Positions 12,861 to 26,086 of a stretch of 64,000 bases of DNA are shown here, piece by piece. Source of the stretch: Mobula hypostoma. Lineage: Eukaryota. The DNA is taken from contig NC_086106.1 in assembly GCF_963921235.1 (NCBI RefSeq), positions 18,848,001 to 18,912,000 on the forward strand, in the 5' to 3' direction. Position 1 is the stretch's first letter. Each line of letters begins with the position of its first letter. The notes under the pieces were generated by a model. The model saw only the letters and a program-made list of their open reading frames with translations, searched no databases and had not been told where the DNA came from. Made by a program: the position numbers and the translations under genes.

Positions 12861-14363
12861 GATATTGTATAGAATTGTTTCCATGGAAATTCCATTGACA
12901 AGTTGTTTTTGTTTGTATAAAACCACATGTGATAGAATTCCCTCAGATAGGGTATTGGGAGTGACTCTGCCAATAATTGTATTGGTCAGTCCTGCTTACA
13001 CATGCACTCCAGGTTATGGGCATGGGAAATCTCCACAGGATCTGGTCCCAAGTTGTCATCTGTTCCTGCGATAATTTCCTCAGTATCTGCTTCAGTGCCA
13101 TGCCCCTCATGACCTGCTCTGCGCTCCAGGTTATGGCACTGTCCTCCAATCTGTGATTTTGAGTGCAGTCTCCAAAATCTGCTCCATATGTATTTTCCCA
13201 TATGACTGAACATGGTGCATTCCTGAGATGTGAGGCTGGCAATCTGATTTTCTGATTCTTCCAAGTAACTAATTTTAAATTGTTTCTCATACATGGGAAT
13301 CACAACCTTCCCTAAGATCAATCGTGCATTCCCAAGCTCTGTCATATTCCCTCAGAAGCGACATTGAGAATTAACCACAATTTCTGTTCTGTGAAGGGGT
13401 ATTTTCCCATTGTTTGGTCCTTCACAGTTTTCCCCAATGTCTATTCCTGGAGTATATTCCTTCAATATCTGGTCCTGTGTGCCTTCCTCCAATGTCTGTC
13501 CCTTGGACTTACTCTGCTCAAATCAGGTGCTGGTGTCCATCACCCAAACCCCTGTTGTATTCTATTCTATTCTTGGTTTGCATTCATCTAGTACCCATTT
13601 ATGTTTTCTGCTCCTAGTGTGTCTTACCCTACTATCTGGTGTATTTTCTTGCACTGCCATATTTTCTAAAAATGTTCTGTCTTGCTGACATCACATTAAA
13701 ACACTTACATGGTTGATATCCAGTTCTGTCTCAGCTTTACTTGTACCAACACCTCCACAGTCTCTGATAGGGGATGCTGCAGGATGCACAAAGTTTCCTT
13801 CAGCTAAACACTGGGAAAAGCAAAAGCTTTGGTCCCCACAGTGAGTTCTGTTTCAGGGCACTGATGCTGTTGTCCCTTCTCAGTGACCTGAGAACAGAAA
13901 TTCAGGCTGACTTGACTGTTCACTGTAGTACAGAGGGACAAAGGTACTACCTTTCAGCTGAGACATTGAGGGAGATTGTGTGTATAATGGAGAAGCTCCT
14001 GTACCTACGGTTTTATAGGACATGGAGTGTAGAGAATTCGGATAATGTGTTAAAATATGGATTGGGACACTCATTAGGAAACATTCCACCAATATCTGGC
14101 TGTGGGATGTATAACAGGTTTCTGAGAAACTCTTCCAATGAGCCTTTGTGTTTTCCTGAATATCTTTCTCGGGGTGCAACACCCCAGTATTCCCACTGTG
14201 GGAAATCCCCCATGAACATGAGCAGTACGTGTGGGGCTACACTCATATATCACAGGCTGGAAATCTCTCTGATATTTGTCCCGGGATGCATTACCCACTC
14301 GTACGTGGAGGCAGGTGAAGTCACTGCAGTGATGAGGGAACTAAGATGGGCAACTCCAGACAC

Positions 14364-14369
14364 TTTATT
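14364..14369 (-). terminator. Candidate poly(A) signal (AATAAA) for the membrane-form mRNA
   Basis: TTTATT on the plus strand, ~310 nt downstream of the stop of the candidate TM2 exon. Confidence 0.45.
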
Positions 14370-14679
14370 TTCTTTTTCTCTTTGTTTTTAATGAATACAA
14401 TTTCAAATCATGACATAAACTCTAGCAGAAAATTGAAAGAAAAGCTACAGGCAATGGTTTCCACAGCATCTGATTTACAAAATATGACAGAGCAAGATCC
14501 CAAAGCCACTCTCTACCACACTCCCCCTCCCTATGTCACCTTCTTACTACATAACAATAATAACCACTTCCTCACCTCCCACCTTTCCATCACAAACTAC
14601 TCCCCCATCCTCTGCTCCCCATTCCCAAGCCTTAATCTTGCCTTCCTTCCCCCCCCCGCCCCGTATATCCCCTCCAGTG

Positions 14680-14988
14680 TCACATATCCTGCCATTTTCC
14701 CAATGTACCATCCACTGCTGTCCCTCTGCCCACCGAACCAGCTCGGTGCCCCCATTTCCCATCTGGCATCCGCGGTGCATTCAGAGGTTTAGTTTCTGAA
14801 ATGAGCAGTTGCAGTGCAGTAGCCTCGGGTTGCCGAGTGAGTGAGATGGAGACTCCATTTCCAAACATCGCAGCCACATGGGGATCTCCTGATTGAATGT
14901 GGGGCGTGTATCTGCTGATCACTGCTGAGCCTGAAATATAGACAGGAGAGTATGATATTGTGTGACAAGGTGCAGCACAGACCTTAAC
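14680..14988 (-). CDS. IgW: Candidate Ig heavy-chain TM2 (cytoplasmic tail) exon: starts V-K, frame open for 102 aa
   Basis: Acceptor ttcacctgtcctcacAG|GTT AAG; phase 0 matches the TM1 donor; gives the classical K-V-K junction; no stop until 14680; lies in the first unique DNA beyond the CR1 block that fills the intron. Confidence 0.55.
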   Translation of the reverse strand, partial: VKVCAAPCHTISYSPVYISGSAVISRYTPHIQSGDPHVAAMFGNGVSISLTRQPEATALQLLISETKPLNAPRMPDGKWGHRAGSVGRGTAVDGTLGKWQDM

Positions 14989-15164
14989 CTGTGAGGACAG
15001 GTGAACTAAATAACAGATGGTCTGTCCTCATTCCAGGAGATGGAACCCCATGAAGAGGTGTCTGTCAGTATTCTCCGAGGTCACTCCAAAACAAAAATCT
15101 GAGTATCAGTTCGGACCTTTAGTGTGATCCATTGTTGGGCTAATGTTTTCGGTCCTGAATAAGA

Positions 15165-18100
15165 CCAGAAGATGAGAAATAGAAGCAAAATTAGGCCACT
15201 TGGCCCATCGAGTCTGCTCCAGCATTTCATCATGGCTGATCCATTTTCCTCTCAGCTCCAACCTCGTGCCTTCTCTGAGTATCACTTCATGTCCTGACTA
15301 ATCTAGAATCTATCAACCTCTTCCTTAAATATATCCAATGACTTGGCTTCCACTGCTGACTGTGGCAATGATTTCCACAGATTCACCACTTTCTGGCTGA
15401 ATAAATCCTCCTCATCTCCATTCAAAATGGACGACCCTCTATACTGAGGTTTGGAATCAGCCTCTCCACATCCACTCTGTTGAGGCATTTCAACATAGTA
15501 TAGGTTTCAATGAGATCCTCCACTCATTTTTTAGAATTCCAGTGAGTACAGGCCCAGAGCCATCAAACATTCCTCATATGATCAGCCTTTCAATCCTGGA
15601 ATCATTTTTGTGAGCCACCTTTGGTCCCTCTCCAATGTCAGAACATCCTTTCTTAGAAAAAGGGCCCAAAACTATTCCTAGTGCTCAAAGTGAGGCCTCA
15701 CCAGTGCTTGAGAACATCTCAATATTATATCCTTGCTTTTATCTTCAAGTCTTCTTGAAATGAATGCTGACATCGCATTTGCCTTCCTCACCACCAACTT
15801 AACCTGCAAATTAACCTTTCGGGAATCCTGCATGGGGACTCCTGAGATCCTTTGGACCTCAGATTTTTGAATTTTCTTTCCATTTAGAAAATACTTTTTG
15901 CTTTTACTTATTCTACTAAAGTTCATGACCGTACACTTCCCGACACTGTATTCCATCTGCCACTTCTTTGCCCATTCTCCGAATCTGTTTAAGTCCTTCT
16001 GTAGCCTCTCTGCTTCCTCAACTCTATCTATCCCTCCATCTATCTTCATATCGTCTGCAAAGTTGACAACAAAGTCATCGATTCTGTCATCCAAATCACT
16101 GACAAATAACAGAAAAAGCAGTCCCAACACTGACCCCTGTGGAACACCACTAGTCACCAGCAACCAACCAGAAAAGGCTCCCTTTTCTCCCATTCTTTGC
16201 CTCCTGCCAATCAGCCAATGCTCTTTTCATGCTGGTATCTTTCCTGTAATGCCATGGGCTCTTAAGCAGCCTCATATGTGGCACCTTCTCAAAGGTCTTC
16301 AATTCTGCTTTGTCTATCCTGCTTATTATTTTTTCAAAGAATTCCAACAGATTTGTCAGGCAAGACTGTCCTTTCAGGAAACCATGCTGGCTTCGGCCTA
16401 TTTTGTCATGTGCCTCCAAGTACCCCAAAACCCCATCTTTAAAATCTTCCCAACCACTGAGGTCAAGTTAATTGGATGATAATTTCCTTTTGTCTGCCTC
16501 TCTCCCTTCTTGAAGAATGGCGTGACAATTACAATTATCCAGTCCTTCAGAACCATGCCAGAATCTCGTGATTACTGAAAGATCATTACTAATGCCTTCA
16601 TATTCTCTTCAGCCACCTCTTTCAGAACCCTGGAGTGTAGACTATCTGATCCAAGTGACTTATCTACCTTCAGACCTTTCAGTTTCCAAAGCACCTTCTC
16701 CCTGTGAATAACAACTTCACTCACTTCTTCTCCCTGACACTCTTGAGTTTCCATCATGCTGCTAGTGTCTTACCCAGTGAAGTCTGATGCAAAGTACTTA
16801 TTCAGTTCATCCACCATTTCCTTGTCCCCCAGTACTACCTCTCCAGCATCATTTTCCAGCACTCCAATATCTCCTCTCACCTCTCTTTTACACTTTACAT
16901 ATCCGAAGAATCTTTTGGTATCCTCTTTAATATTATATAGCTTACATCTTTTTATTTCTAACTTTTTTAGTTGTCTTCTGTTGATTTTTAAAAGCTTCCC
17001 AATCCTTTAACTTCCCACTAATTTTTGCTCTATTATATGCCTGTCGTTTGGCTTTTATGTTGGCTTTGACTTCTCTTATCTGTCATGGTTGCGACATCCT
17101 GGATTTTGAATACTTCTTCTTCGGGATGTATCTATCTTGTGGTTTCTGAATTGCTCCCAGAAGCTCCAGCCATTGCTGCTCTGCTGTTGTCCCTGCCAGT
17201 GTCCCCTTCCAATCAATTTTGGCCAGCTCCTTTCTCATGCCTCTATAATTCCCTTTATTCCACTGTAATACTGATACATCTGACTCCAGCTACTCCTTCT
17301 CAATTTGCAGAGTGAATTCTATCATATTATGATCACTGGACCCTCAGGGTTTCTTTACCTTAAGCTCTCTAATCAATTCCAGTTCATTGCATAACACCCA
17401 GTCCAGAATAGCTAATCCCCTGATGTGCTCGACAATGACTTGCTTTAAAAAGCCATCTTGTAGGCATTCTACAAATTTCCACTCTTGAGATCCAGTACCA
17501 ACTTGTTACTCCCAATCTGCCTGCATATTGAGATTCCCCCATGACTATTGTAACATTGCCCTTTTGACATGCATTTTCTTTCTCCTGTTGTAGTTAGTAG
17601 ACCACATCGTTGCTACTGTTTATCGGGTCATTTTTTATCCTTGCAACTCCTTAACTCTACCCACAATGATTCTACACCTTCTGATCGTATGTCATCTCCT
17701 TCTGTTGATTCGATTTCATTTTTTTACCAACATAGCCAACCCACCCCTCTTCCTACCTGCCTGTCCTTTTGATACAATGGATACCCTTGGATGTTAAGCT
17801 CCCAACTGTAATCTTCAGCCATGATTCAGTGATGCCACAACATCATGCATTTCAATCTGTAGCTGTGCCACAAGTTCATCTACATTATTCCATATACTGT
17901 GTGCACTGAAATGTTACACCTTCACTTTTGTATTCATCACCCTTTTCTATTTTGTCCTCCTTTTACATTGCAATTCATCCCACTGACTGCAATTTTGCCC
18001 TATCATCATCCCCTGCTTGCTGGTAGTCTCACTACACACTGTTTCTGTTAGTAAACCAATGACTTGATCCTCCGCCCTATCACTCCATTTCCCATGCCCT

Positions 18101-18400
18101 TCCCAAATTAGTTTAAACCCTCCTGACCAGCTCTAGCAAACCTGCCCACAAAGATATTTGTCCCCCTCAGGTTCAGGTGTTATCCATCTCTTTTGTACAG
18201 GTCACACCTTCCCCAGAGGTGATCGCAGTGATCCAGAAATCTGACCCCCTGCCCCCTACACCAGTTCCTCAGCCATGCAATCATCTGCCAGATCATACTC
18301 TTCTTACCCTTACCCTGCTGTTCTCTCAATACAACTCTTGCTTGATTTCCTTGTTTAAATTCAGGATTATTGCCCCAAATACCCTTTCACATTCTGCCAC
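15165..18400 (-). mobile_element. CR1 LINE, 5'-truncated and degenerate
   Basis: SGVPQGSVLG, FADDMKI, SQHGFLKGQSCLTNLLEFFE, KVDKSLGSD. Confidence 0.9.
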
Positions 18401-18489
18401 CTTCTGCAAGTTTGCACCTTAACAGGTGGGGGACCAGCATTCTGGCAGGCAGGTTTGCCATTGCTACACGGGTGTATTTAAACTAAGTA

Positions 18490-21068
18490 GTGGAGGGAAG
18501 GAGAGGAAATATAAGGATGGAGTTAAAGGGAAAGAGAGAATAAGGAAAGTTAAGAAAGACAACAGAATTAACGGGGCAGGAAGCTCAGGAAGTGATCGGA
18601 GAGTATGGCCAAGTGCAACAGGAATCGATGTGAAAGGTGAGGGGAGTAATGGATTAAAAGTATTATATATGAATGCATGAAGTATAAGAAATAAAGTGGA
18701 TGAGCTTCAGGCACAGTTGGAAATCGGCAAGTATGATGTTGTAGGAATAACAGAGACACGGCTGCAAGAGGACCAGGGCTGGGAAATGAATATTCGAGGT
18801 ATACGTCCTATCGAAAGGACAGACAGGTGGGCAGAGCGGGTGGGGTGTCTCTGTTGGTGAGGAATGAAATTCAATCCCTTGCGAGGGGCAACATAGAATC
18901 AGGAGATGTAGAGTCAGTATGGGTAGAGCTGAGAAATTGTAAGGGCAAAAAGACCCTGATGGGAGTTATCTACAGACCCCCAAACAGTAGCCTGTATTTA
19001 GGGTGCAAGTTGAATCAAGAGTTAAAATTGGCATGTCACAAAGATAATGCTATGGTTGTTATGGGGGATTTCAACATGCAGGTAGACTGGGAAAATCGGG
19101 TTGGTACTGGACCCCTAGAAAGGGAGCTTGTGGAGTGCCTCCGAGATGGATTCTTAGAGCAGCTTGTACTGGAGCCTACCAGAGAGAAGGCAATTCTGGA
19201 TTTAGTGTTGTGTAATGAGCCAGATTTGATAAGGGAACTCGAAGAAAAGGAGCCATTAGGAAGTAGTGACCGTAATATGAAAAGTTTTAGTCTACAATTT
19301 GAGAGGGAGAAGCAAAAATCGGAAGTGTCAGTATTACAGTTGAACAAAGAGGTCTATGGAGCCATGAGGGAGGAGCTGGCCAAAATTGACTGGAAAGATA
19401 CCCTAGCAGGGATGAGAGTGGAACAACAATGGCAGGTATCTCTGGGAATAAAACAGAAGGTGCAGGATCAGTTCATTCCAAAGAGGAAGAAAGATTCTAA
19501 GGGGAGTAAGGGGCGACCGTGGCTGACAAGGGAAGTCAAGGACAGTATAAAAATAAAAGAGAAGAAGTATAACATAGCAAAGATGAGTGGGAAGCCGGAG
19601 GGTTGGGAAACTTTTAAAGAGCAACAGAAGTTAACTAAAAAGGCAATACGAGGAGAAAAGATGAGATACGAAGGTAAGCTAGCCAGGAATATAAAGGAGG
19701 ATAGTAAAAGCTTCTTCAGGTATGTGAAGAGGAAAAAATTAGTTAAGACCAAAGTTGGACCCTTGAAGACAGAAACGGGTGAATTTATTATGGGGAATAA
19801 GGAAATGGCAAACAAGTTGAACAGGTACATTGGATCTGTCTTCACCAGGGAAGACACCAACAATCTCCCAGATGTAATAGTAGCTGGAGGACCCAGGGTA
19901 ACAGAGGAACTGAAGGGGATTCACATTAGGCAGAAAATGATTTTGGATAGACTGATGGGACTGAAACCATAGAAACCAAAGAAACTACAGCACAGAAACA
20001 GGCCTTTTGGCCCTTCTTGGCTGTGCTGAACCATTTTCTGCCTAGTTCCACTGACCTGCACACGGACCATATCCCTCCAAACACCTCCCATCCATGTATC
20101 TGTCCAATTTATTCTTAAATGTTAAAAAAGAACCCGCATTTACCACCTCGTCTGGCAGCTCATTCCATACTCCCACCACTCTCTGTGTGAAGAAGCCCCC
20201 CCTAATGTTCCCTCTAAACTTTTCCCCCCTCACCCTTAACCCATGTCCTCTGGTTTTTTTCTCCCCTTGCCTCAGTGGAAAAAGCCTGCTTGCATTCACT
20301 CTATCTATACCCATCATAATTTTATATACCTCTTATCAAATCTCCCCTCATTCTTCTACGCTCCAGGGAATAAAGTCCTAACCTATTCAACCTTTCTCTG
20401 TAACTGAGTTTCTCAAGTCCCGGCAACATCCTTGTAAACCTTCTCTGCACTCTTTCAACCTTATTTATATCCTTCCTGTAATTTGGTGACGAAAACTGAA
20501 CACAGTACTCCAGATTCGGCCTCACCAATGCCTTATACAACCTCATCATAACATTCCAGCTCTTATACTCAATACTTTGATTAATAAAGGCCAATGTATC
20601 AAAAGCTCTCTTTACGACCCTATCTACCTGTGACGCCACTTTTAGGGAATTTTGTATCTGTATTCCCAGATCCCTCTGTTCCACTGCACTCCTCAGTGCC
20701 TTACCATTAACCCTGTATGTTCTACGTTGGTTTGTCCTTCCAACATGCAATACCTCACACTTGTCAGTATTAAACTCCATCTGCCATTTTTCAGCCCATT
20801 TTTCCAGCTGGTCCAAGTCCCTCTGCAGGCTCTGAAAACCTTCCTCACTGTCTACTACACCTCCAATCTTTGTATCATCAGCAAACTTGCTGATCCAATT
20901 TACCACATTATCATCCAGATCATTGATATAGGCTAATAAATTCCCAGATCCTGATGGTCTGCATCTTAGGGTACTTAAGGAGGTGGCTCTAGAAATCGTG
21001 GACGCATTGGTAATCATTTTCCAATGTTCTATAGATTCAGGATCAGTTCCTGCAGATTGGAGAGTAGC
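18490..21068 (+). mobile_element. CR1 LINE ORF2 5' part (APE; 381-aa open stretch 18827-19972), interrupted at 19968-20930
   Basis: GVIYRPPNSS, VVMGDFNM, LDLVLCN, SSDRN, PWLT, FFRYVKRK; resumes at ~20930 with DGLHLRVLKEVALEIVDAL. Confidence 0.9.
19968..20930 (-). mobile_element. CR1 3' fragment nested in the plus-strand CR1
   Basis: KFADDTKIGG, LYKALVRPNLEYCVQF, RRMRGDLI; (TAGAAACC)-type tail at ~19968. Confidence 0.9.
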
Positions 21069-21984
21069 TTCTGTATTTTTCCCAGAAGTACCTGCCATTG
21101 TTGTTCCACTGTCATCGCTGCTGGGGTATCTTTCCAGTCAACTTTTGCCAGCTTCTCCATCATGTGTCCATAGTCCCCTTTGTTCAACTGTAATACTGAC
21201 ACTTCCGATCTTCCCTTCTCCCTCTCAAATTGTAGATTAAAACTTATCATATTATGGTCACTACCTCCTAATGGCTCCTTTACCTCGAGTTCCCTTATCA
21301 AATCTGGCTCATTACACAACACTAAATCCAGAATTGCCTTCTCCCTGGTAGACTCTAATACAAGCTGCTCTAAGAATCCATCTCTGAGGCATTCCACAAA
21401 CACCCTTTCCTGGGGTCCAGTACCAACCTGATTTTCTCAGTCTACCTGCATGTTAAAATCCCCCATAACAACCATAGAATTACCTTTGTGACATGCCAAT
21501 TTTAACTCTTGATTTAGCTTGCACCCTATGTCCAGGCTACTGTCTGGGGGCCTGTAGATAACTCCCATCAGGGTCTTTTTGCCCTTACAGTTTCTCAGTT
21601 CTATCCATACTGACTGTATGTCTCCTGATTCTATGTCCCCCTCGCAAGTGACTGAATTTCATTCCTCACCAACAGAGCCACCCCACCCCCTCTGCCAACC
21701 TGTCTGTCCTTTTAATAAGATGTATAACCCTGAATATTCATTTCCCAGCCCTGGTCCTTTTGCAGCCACGTCTCTGTTATTCCCATAACATCATACTTGC
21801 CAATTTCCAACTGAGCCTCAAGCTCATCCATTTTATTTCTTATACTCCGTGCATTCATATACAAACGTATAGTACTTTTAATCCATTTAAAGTAATACTT
21901 TTACTCCCCTCACCTATCACATCAATTCCTATTGCACTTGCCCATACTCTCCGATCCCTTCCTGATCTTTCTGCCCCTTTAGTT
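21069..21984 (-). mobile_element. CR1 APE-region fragment, inverted near-copy of ~18560-19430
   Basis: ECLRDGFLEQLVLE.TREKAILDLVLCNEPDLIRELE occurs in both copies. Confidence 0.85.
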
Positions 21985-22047
21985 CTGTTGAAAGTTGAAG
22001 GTGAAAGTTTGTGTTTCATGGGATGTCTCTGTTAGTCAATTAGTTAC

Positions 22048-22190
22048 CTTGACAATGGTGACGAAGGTGCTGTAGAGGAAACTCATGATGAACAGAACGG
22101 CAAAGGCAACAACTGTAAGCACATTGTCATCTCCATCCACGTGTCCCTGATCTTCCTTCCCCTCCTCTCCTGTCAAGTCTGTGCAGATTT
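22048..22190 (-). CDS. IgW: Ig heavy-chain TM1 exon (acidic spacer plus CART transmembrane helix)
   Basis: tttttttcAG|AA ATC TGC...GTC AAG|GTAACT; phase 1 in, phase 0 out; EICTDLTGEEGKEDQGHVDGDDNVLTVVAFAVLFIMSFLYSTFVTIVK carries the F..LF..S..YST.VT antigen-receptor motif. Confidence 0.92.
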
Positions 22191-24554
22191 CTGAAAAAAA
22201 TGAGAAAGTGAGGCGGTTAGTTTCTTGTTGATGTTTCCTGAAGATCAACAATATCCCAATCACGTGAAGACAACAGGAGGACAGAAACACAGGAGACCTG
22301 AGCCAGTTCACTATTCAATGATATTATAGTTAGTCTATGACTGACTGCATTGACCTGACTTTTCCCCAGATCCATTAATCCTGGGATTGTCAAAACCATT
22401 CAATCTCATGTTTAAAATGACCTTCAGACCTGACACTGTAGCAGACTGTTCCAAACTTCCATGAACCTCTTCAAGTTGAGTGTCTGTATTTCTTTGCAGT
22501 AATGTCTTGTTTTGCACTGTCTTTTTTCCCTCTTCATTGTCTTGTATGATTTATGTAAAATTAGGATTTAGTGTGTTGTCTGAAGCTACATGCCGGTGAT
22601 GCTGCAAGCAAATTTCTGATTTTACCTGCACGTCAAGGTACTTGTGCACATGACAATAAACACGACTTAACTTGATGATTAGAGTCATGTTTCTTTACAG
22701 CATATCATGTGTAACTTGGGAGCCCCTGGGCAGAAATAAATGAACTAGATTCTCCAAATCGACTATGTTCACTCCGCCAAAAATATTGACCAGATCTTCC
22801 CTTAGCGTTCTTCATTACAGATGCTACACTCTCATTTAACATCATCCCATCTTGTAATTTGCACTGGGGAGTGCACGTATGTTCAGCACCCCCTCCAAAC
22901 AGTATGCCCTTTCCTGGATGTGGTCGCAAGCCCTTGAATTGGTTCTTGCCAATTCATTTCGATTATTATCTCTGTAGTTAAAACCTTACAGACTGCTGAT
23001 AGATTTGCCAGCCTTGTGTGAGCGGCAAAGTTGTCACGTGGGTATCTGCCCAATATCAGCGCCGACTGCCTGTCTTTTGATCACTGCTGGAGATGGATTC
23101 TGTGAGCGGCCTATTGCTGTGTGTCTCGCTGTGACAGGCGGGTCGGCCTCTCTGCCTCGTGTGGTGTCCCTCTCCTCTCTTTCGATGAATGTCGGTGATA
23201 TCGGAGATGGTATTGTGGTTCAATATTTATGGATTGGACGATTGTGTTTATGGACTGTGAACATTTTCAGGTTTATGGTTTTTATATTCTGTATTTTTAA
23301 ACGCCCGTTCCTTTTCGGTTTTGTTGTGCGAGGGGAGAGTGTTTGGGAGTTGGTGTTCTGTTAGTTTTTTGTGCGGGGAGGGGTTGCTTTTTGGTGGTCG
23401 ATGTTTCTGTTCCGTTTTGTGTGGGGGAGGGTGTTTTTGGGGGGGTTGATGATCGGGTGCTGTTTTTTATACAGGAGGTGGGTTTGCTGTCTCTTTGAAT
23501 GACTTTCATATTCTTTCTTTGTTTTCATGGCTATCTGGAGAATCAAATTTCAGAGTTGTATATGGATATATGCTTTGATAATAAATGAATCTTTGAACCC
23601 TTGATCTAGTGAATCACTTTGGCACTGAACACATTGCTGTAGGTCACAGGGGGTCACTGCCTACATATCGTCCCTTCTTTCTGTAACTCTCTACTTTCAA
23701 AATTAGTTCACCAAATGTTATCACAAAGTTGATAAAATACCTTTCTCTGTCAATTAACTTTGTATATATGAAATTGTGGACCAATCTGGAATGTTCTATT
23801 ATTTGCACAGTGGAAACTATAATGCACATATACATATATATATAATATATACGCACAAACGCATACACATATACCTCCCTGCTCACTGCAAAAATGGAGA
23901 CACCTCCTTCTCCCTTATTAGGAAGAGAGAGAACCTATGGTATGTCGAATGCTGGGTGAAATGCCAAGTCTTTGGGGTAACTGCAAGCCTGTGTCTTTGC
24001 TATTGCTTTACTCATGCTTGAGTGCTTGGTGGCGGGTGCCAATGTGCTTTTTTTGCTGGTGGGGGGAGGGGGGATTGTTGCTTGCTGCCGCTTATGTGTG
24101 GGAGGGGAGAGCTGGAGGGACTTTGGAGTTCTAACATTTGACTGTTGTTCATTCGTTGGGGCACTCCTCTGTTTTTGTGAATGGTTGCAAAGAAAAAGCA
24201 TTTCAGGATGTATATTGTATACATTTCTCTGACATTAAGTTTGACATTTGAACCTTTGATATCTACTTGAATGTCTGTCTGTCCATACAATGAAGGACAG
24301 AACCAACCAGGCAACACTTCCCACCACTCATGTTTAAGTCACACACATGTATCCCAAAACATACCGGCACAGAATACTGGCAGCCGAAAGCTTTCCATAC
24401 CTTCTTTATTGGAATTTTGATTACACAAACACAGGCTGACATGTAACCTGTCAAGTAGTCTACACAAGTTTCCAACAGAATCAGACCTGACACAAGGAAG
24501 TTTTAACAAGAACTGCAGGATCTCAGAAATGTTAGTAACTTATTTCTAATTTAT

Positions 24555-25080
24555 GCCTGCTTTGCTGCCGCTGCTACTGTGCGATCGAGAATCTCCGGAG
24601 GGGAAGGCCCCAGATCCTCAGCTTTGCCTGTTGCCGGGGCCGGGGTTGAAGCGCTTGGCAGAGATGGTGCTCGGTGCTCGGTGTCGGAGGGCTGGTCGGA
24701 GGCTCGAAATTTTCGGACGGACTCAAGAGTCGGCTGTGGTCGGGTGCTTCCAGGGTGCTGCATCGGCAAGTTTGCGGCGCTGGAAGTTCATGGCAGGGAG
24801 AGTTTTTCTTCCTTCTACCATTTGCGTGAGATGGGACTTTCGAGAGACTTTGAGACTTTTTTTTACTGTGCCCATAGTCTGTTCTTTATCAAACTACGGT
24901 ATTGCTTTGCACTGTTGTAACTATATGTTATAATTATGTGGTTTTTGTCAGTTTTTTCAGTCTTGGTTTGTCTTGTGTTTCTGTGATATCATACTGGAGG
25001 AACATTGTATCATTTCTTAATGCATGCATTACTAAATGACAATAAAAGAGGACTGCGTGTCCTCATAATCTAATCTAATT
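24555..25080 (+). repeat. Unclassified interspersed repeat with a (TAATC)n tail; related partial copy at ~51062-51350
   Basis: Both copies end CATGCATT.CTAAATGACAATAAA...CCTCATAAT.TAATCTAA. Confidence 0.6.
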
Positions 25081-26086
25081 TTTGTATTTAATCCTGAAAT
25101 ATATATTTCCATTTTGAGCTAATGAGAAAGGACTTGCAGGTAATCTTGCTTGTTTCAGTGACGTAAACCACACTGTTGTTGGATCAACCATCAATTGAAG
25201 GTTGACAATTGGAGTTGTTGGCCACTCTGTCCATGGGAATCTCTGCTGCAGAGAACCCAGTGACACAACTTCTTTCCATCTCACCTGGTGGAGAAGGGTA
25301 ACTTTAGAGGGTTCCTACTGGGAATGGACTTTTTTATTCAGATGATGTTTACCTGGAATATTCTGCTCTTACACCATCCAGCCCAATCTTTACACCACTA
25401 GTATTCTCTCCACATGTAAAAGGCAAAAGATTTTTTTACTTTTCGAAAGGAAACAGAAAATGTAGAAAGTGTTCAGCATGCTAGAGAACACTTGTGAACA
25501 GAGAAAGGGATAACATTGAGTAGCATCACAAGTGTACTCTGTACCATTGCTTCAGCACTAGTTCTGTGCCTGGCTGAGTACTGTGCCTCTCTCTGGTTTA
25601 CTGGAACTCAACAACTGTCTGGTGTCCAGTTACATTCCACAATGCCTGCTCCAGTGGAACTCAGTTCCTCCAGTTCTGCTGACAGATAGACTTGCTTCAT
25701 GTTTCTGAGACGCTGGTGTGTAAACATTGACCCTGCAGTCATTATTTCATCATTCCCTCACTGACAAGGCCGGCATTCCTTGCTCTGCTCCAGCAGGTCC
25801 GTCAGAGAGCAATGAAGAGTTTGATGTGGGACTGATGGATACGGGTAAACAGGGTAGGAAGGCCAGTGTCCTTCACCAAAGAACATCAGTGAAATAGTTT
25901 GTAGTCTAAAACTGGCTTGAATCATTGAATGAACTCTGATTCTTTCCCACTCTCTGCCTCTGCATTATTAATCCACTCACACAACTACAACAATGCCAGA
26001 CTTGCCGTTACCTATTGACCTTGCTTGTCCCTGGGTTGTGACTGTGGCAGAGGATGTCAACAGTGGAGTGAATCTCAGAATCATAC

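Noticed and set aside
13774-14391. 205-aa plus-strand ORF
   Set aside because: No recognisable domain or splice context; the coding-like signal in this area is on the minus strand
21979-21986. Alternative TM2 (AG|AAC TAA) after a 63-nt intron
   Set aside because: Sits at the edge of a CR1 insertion and lacks the V-K start; weaker than the 14988 candidate, though not excluded
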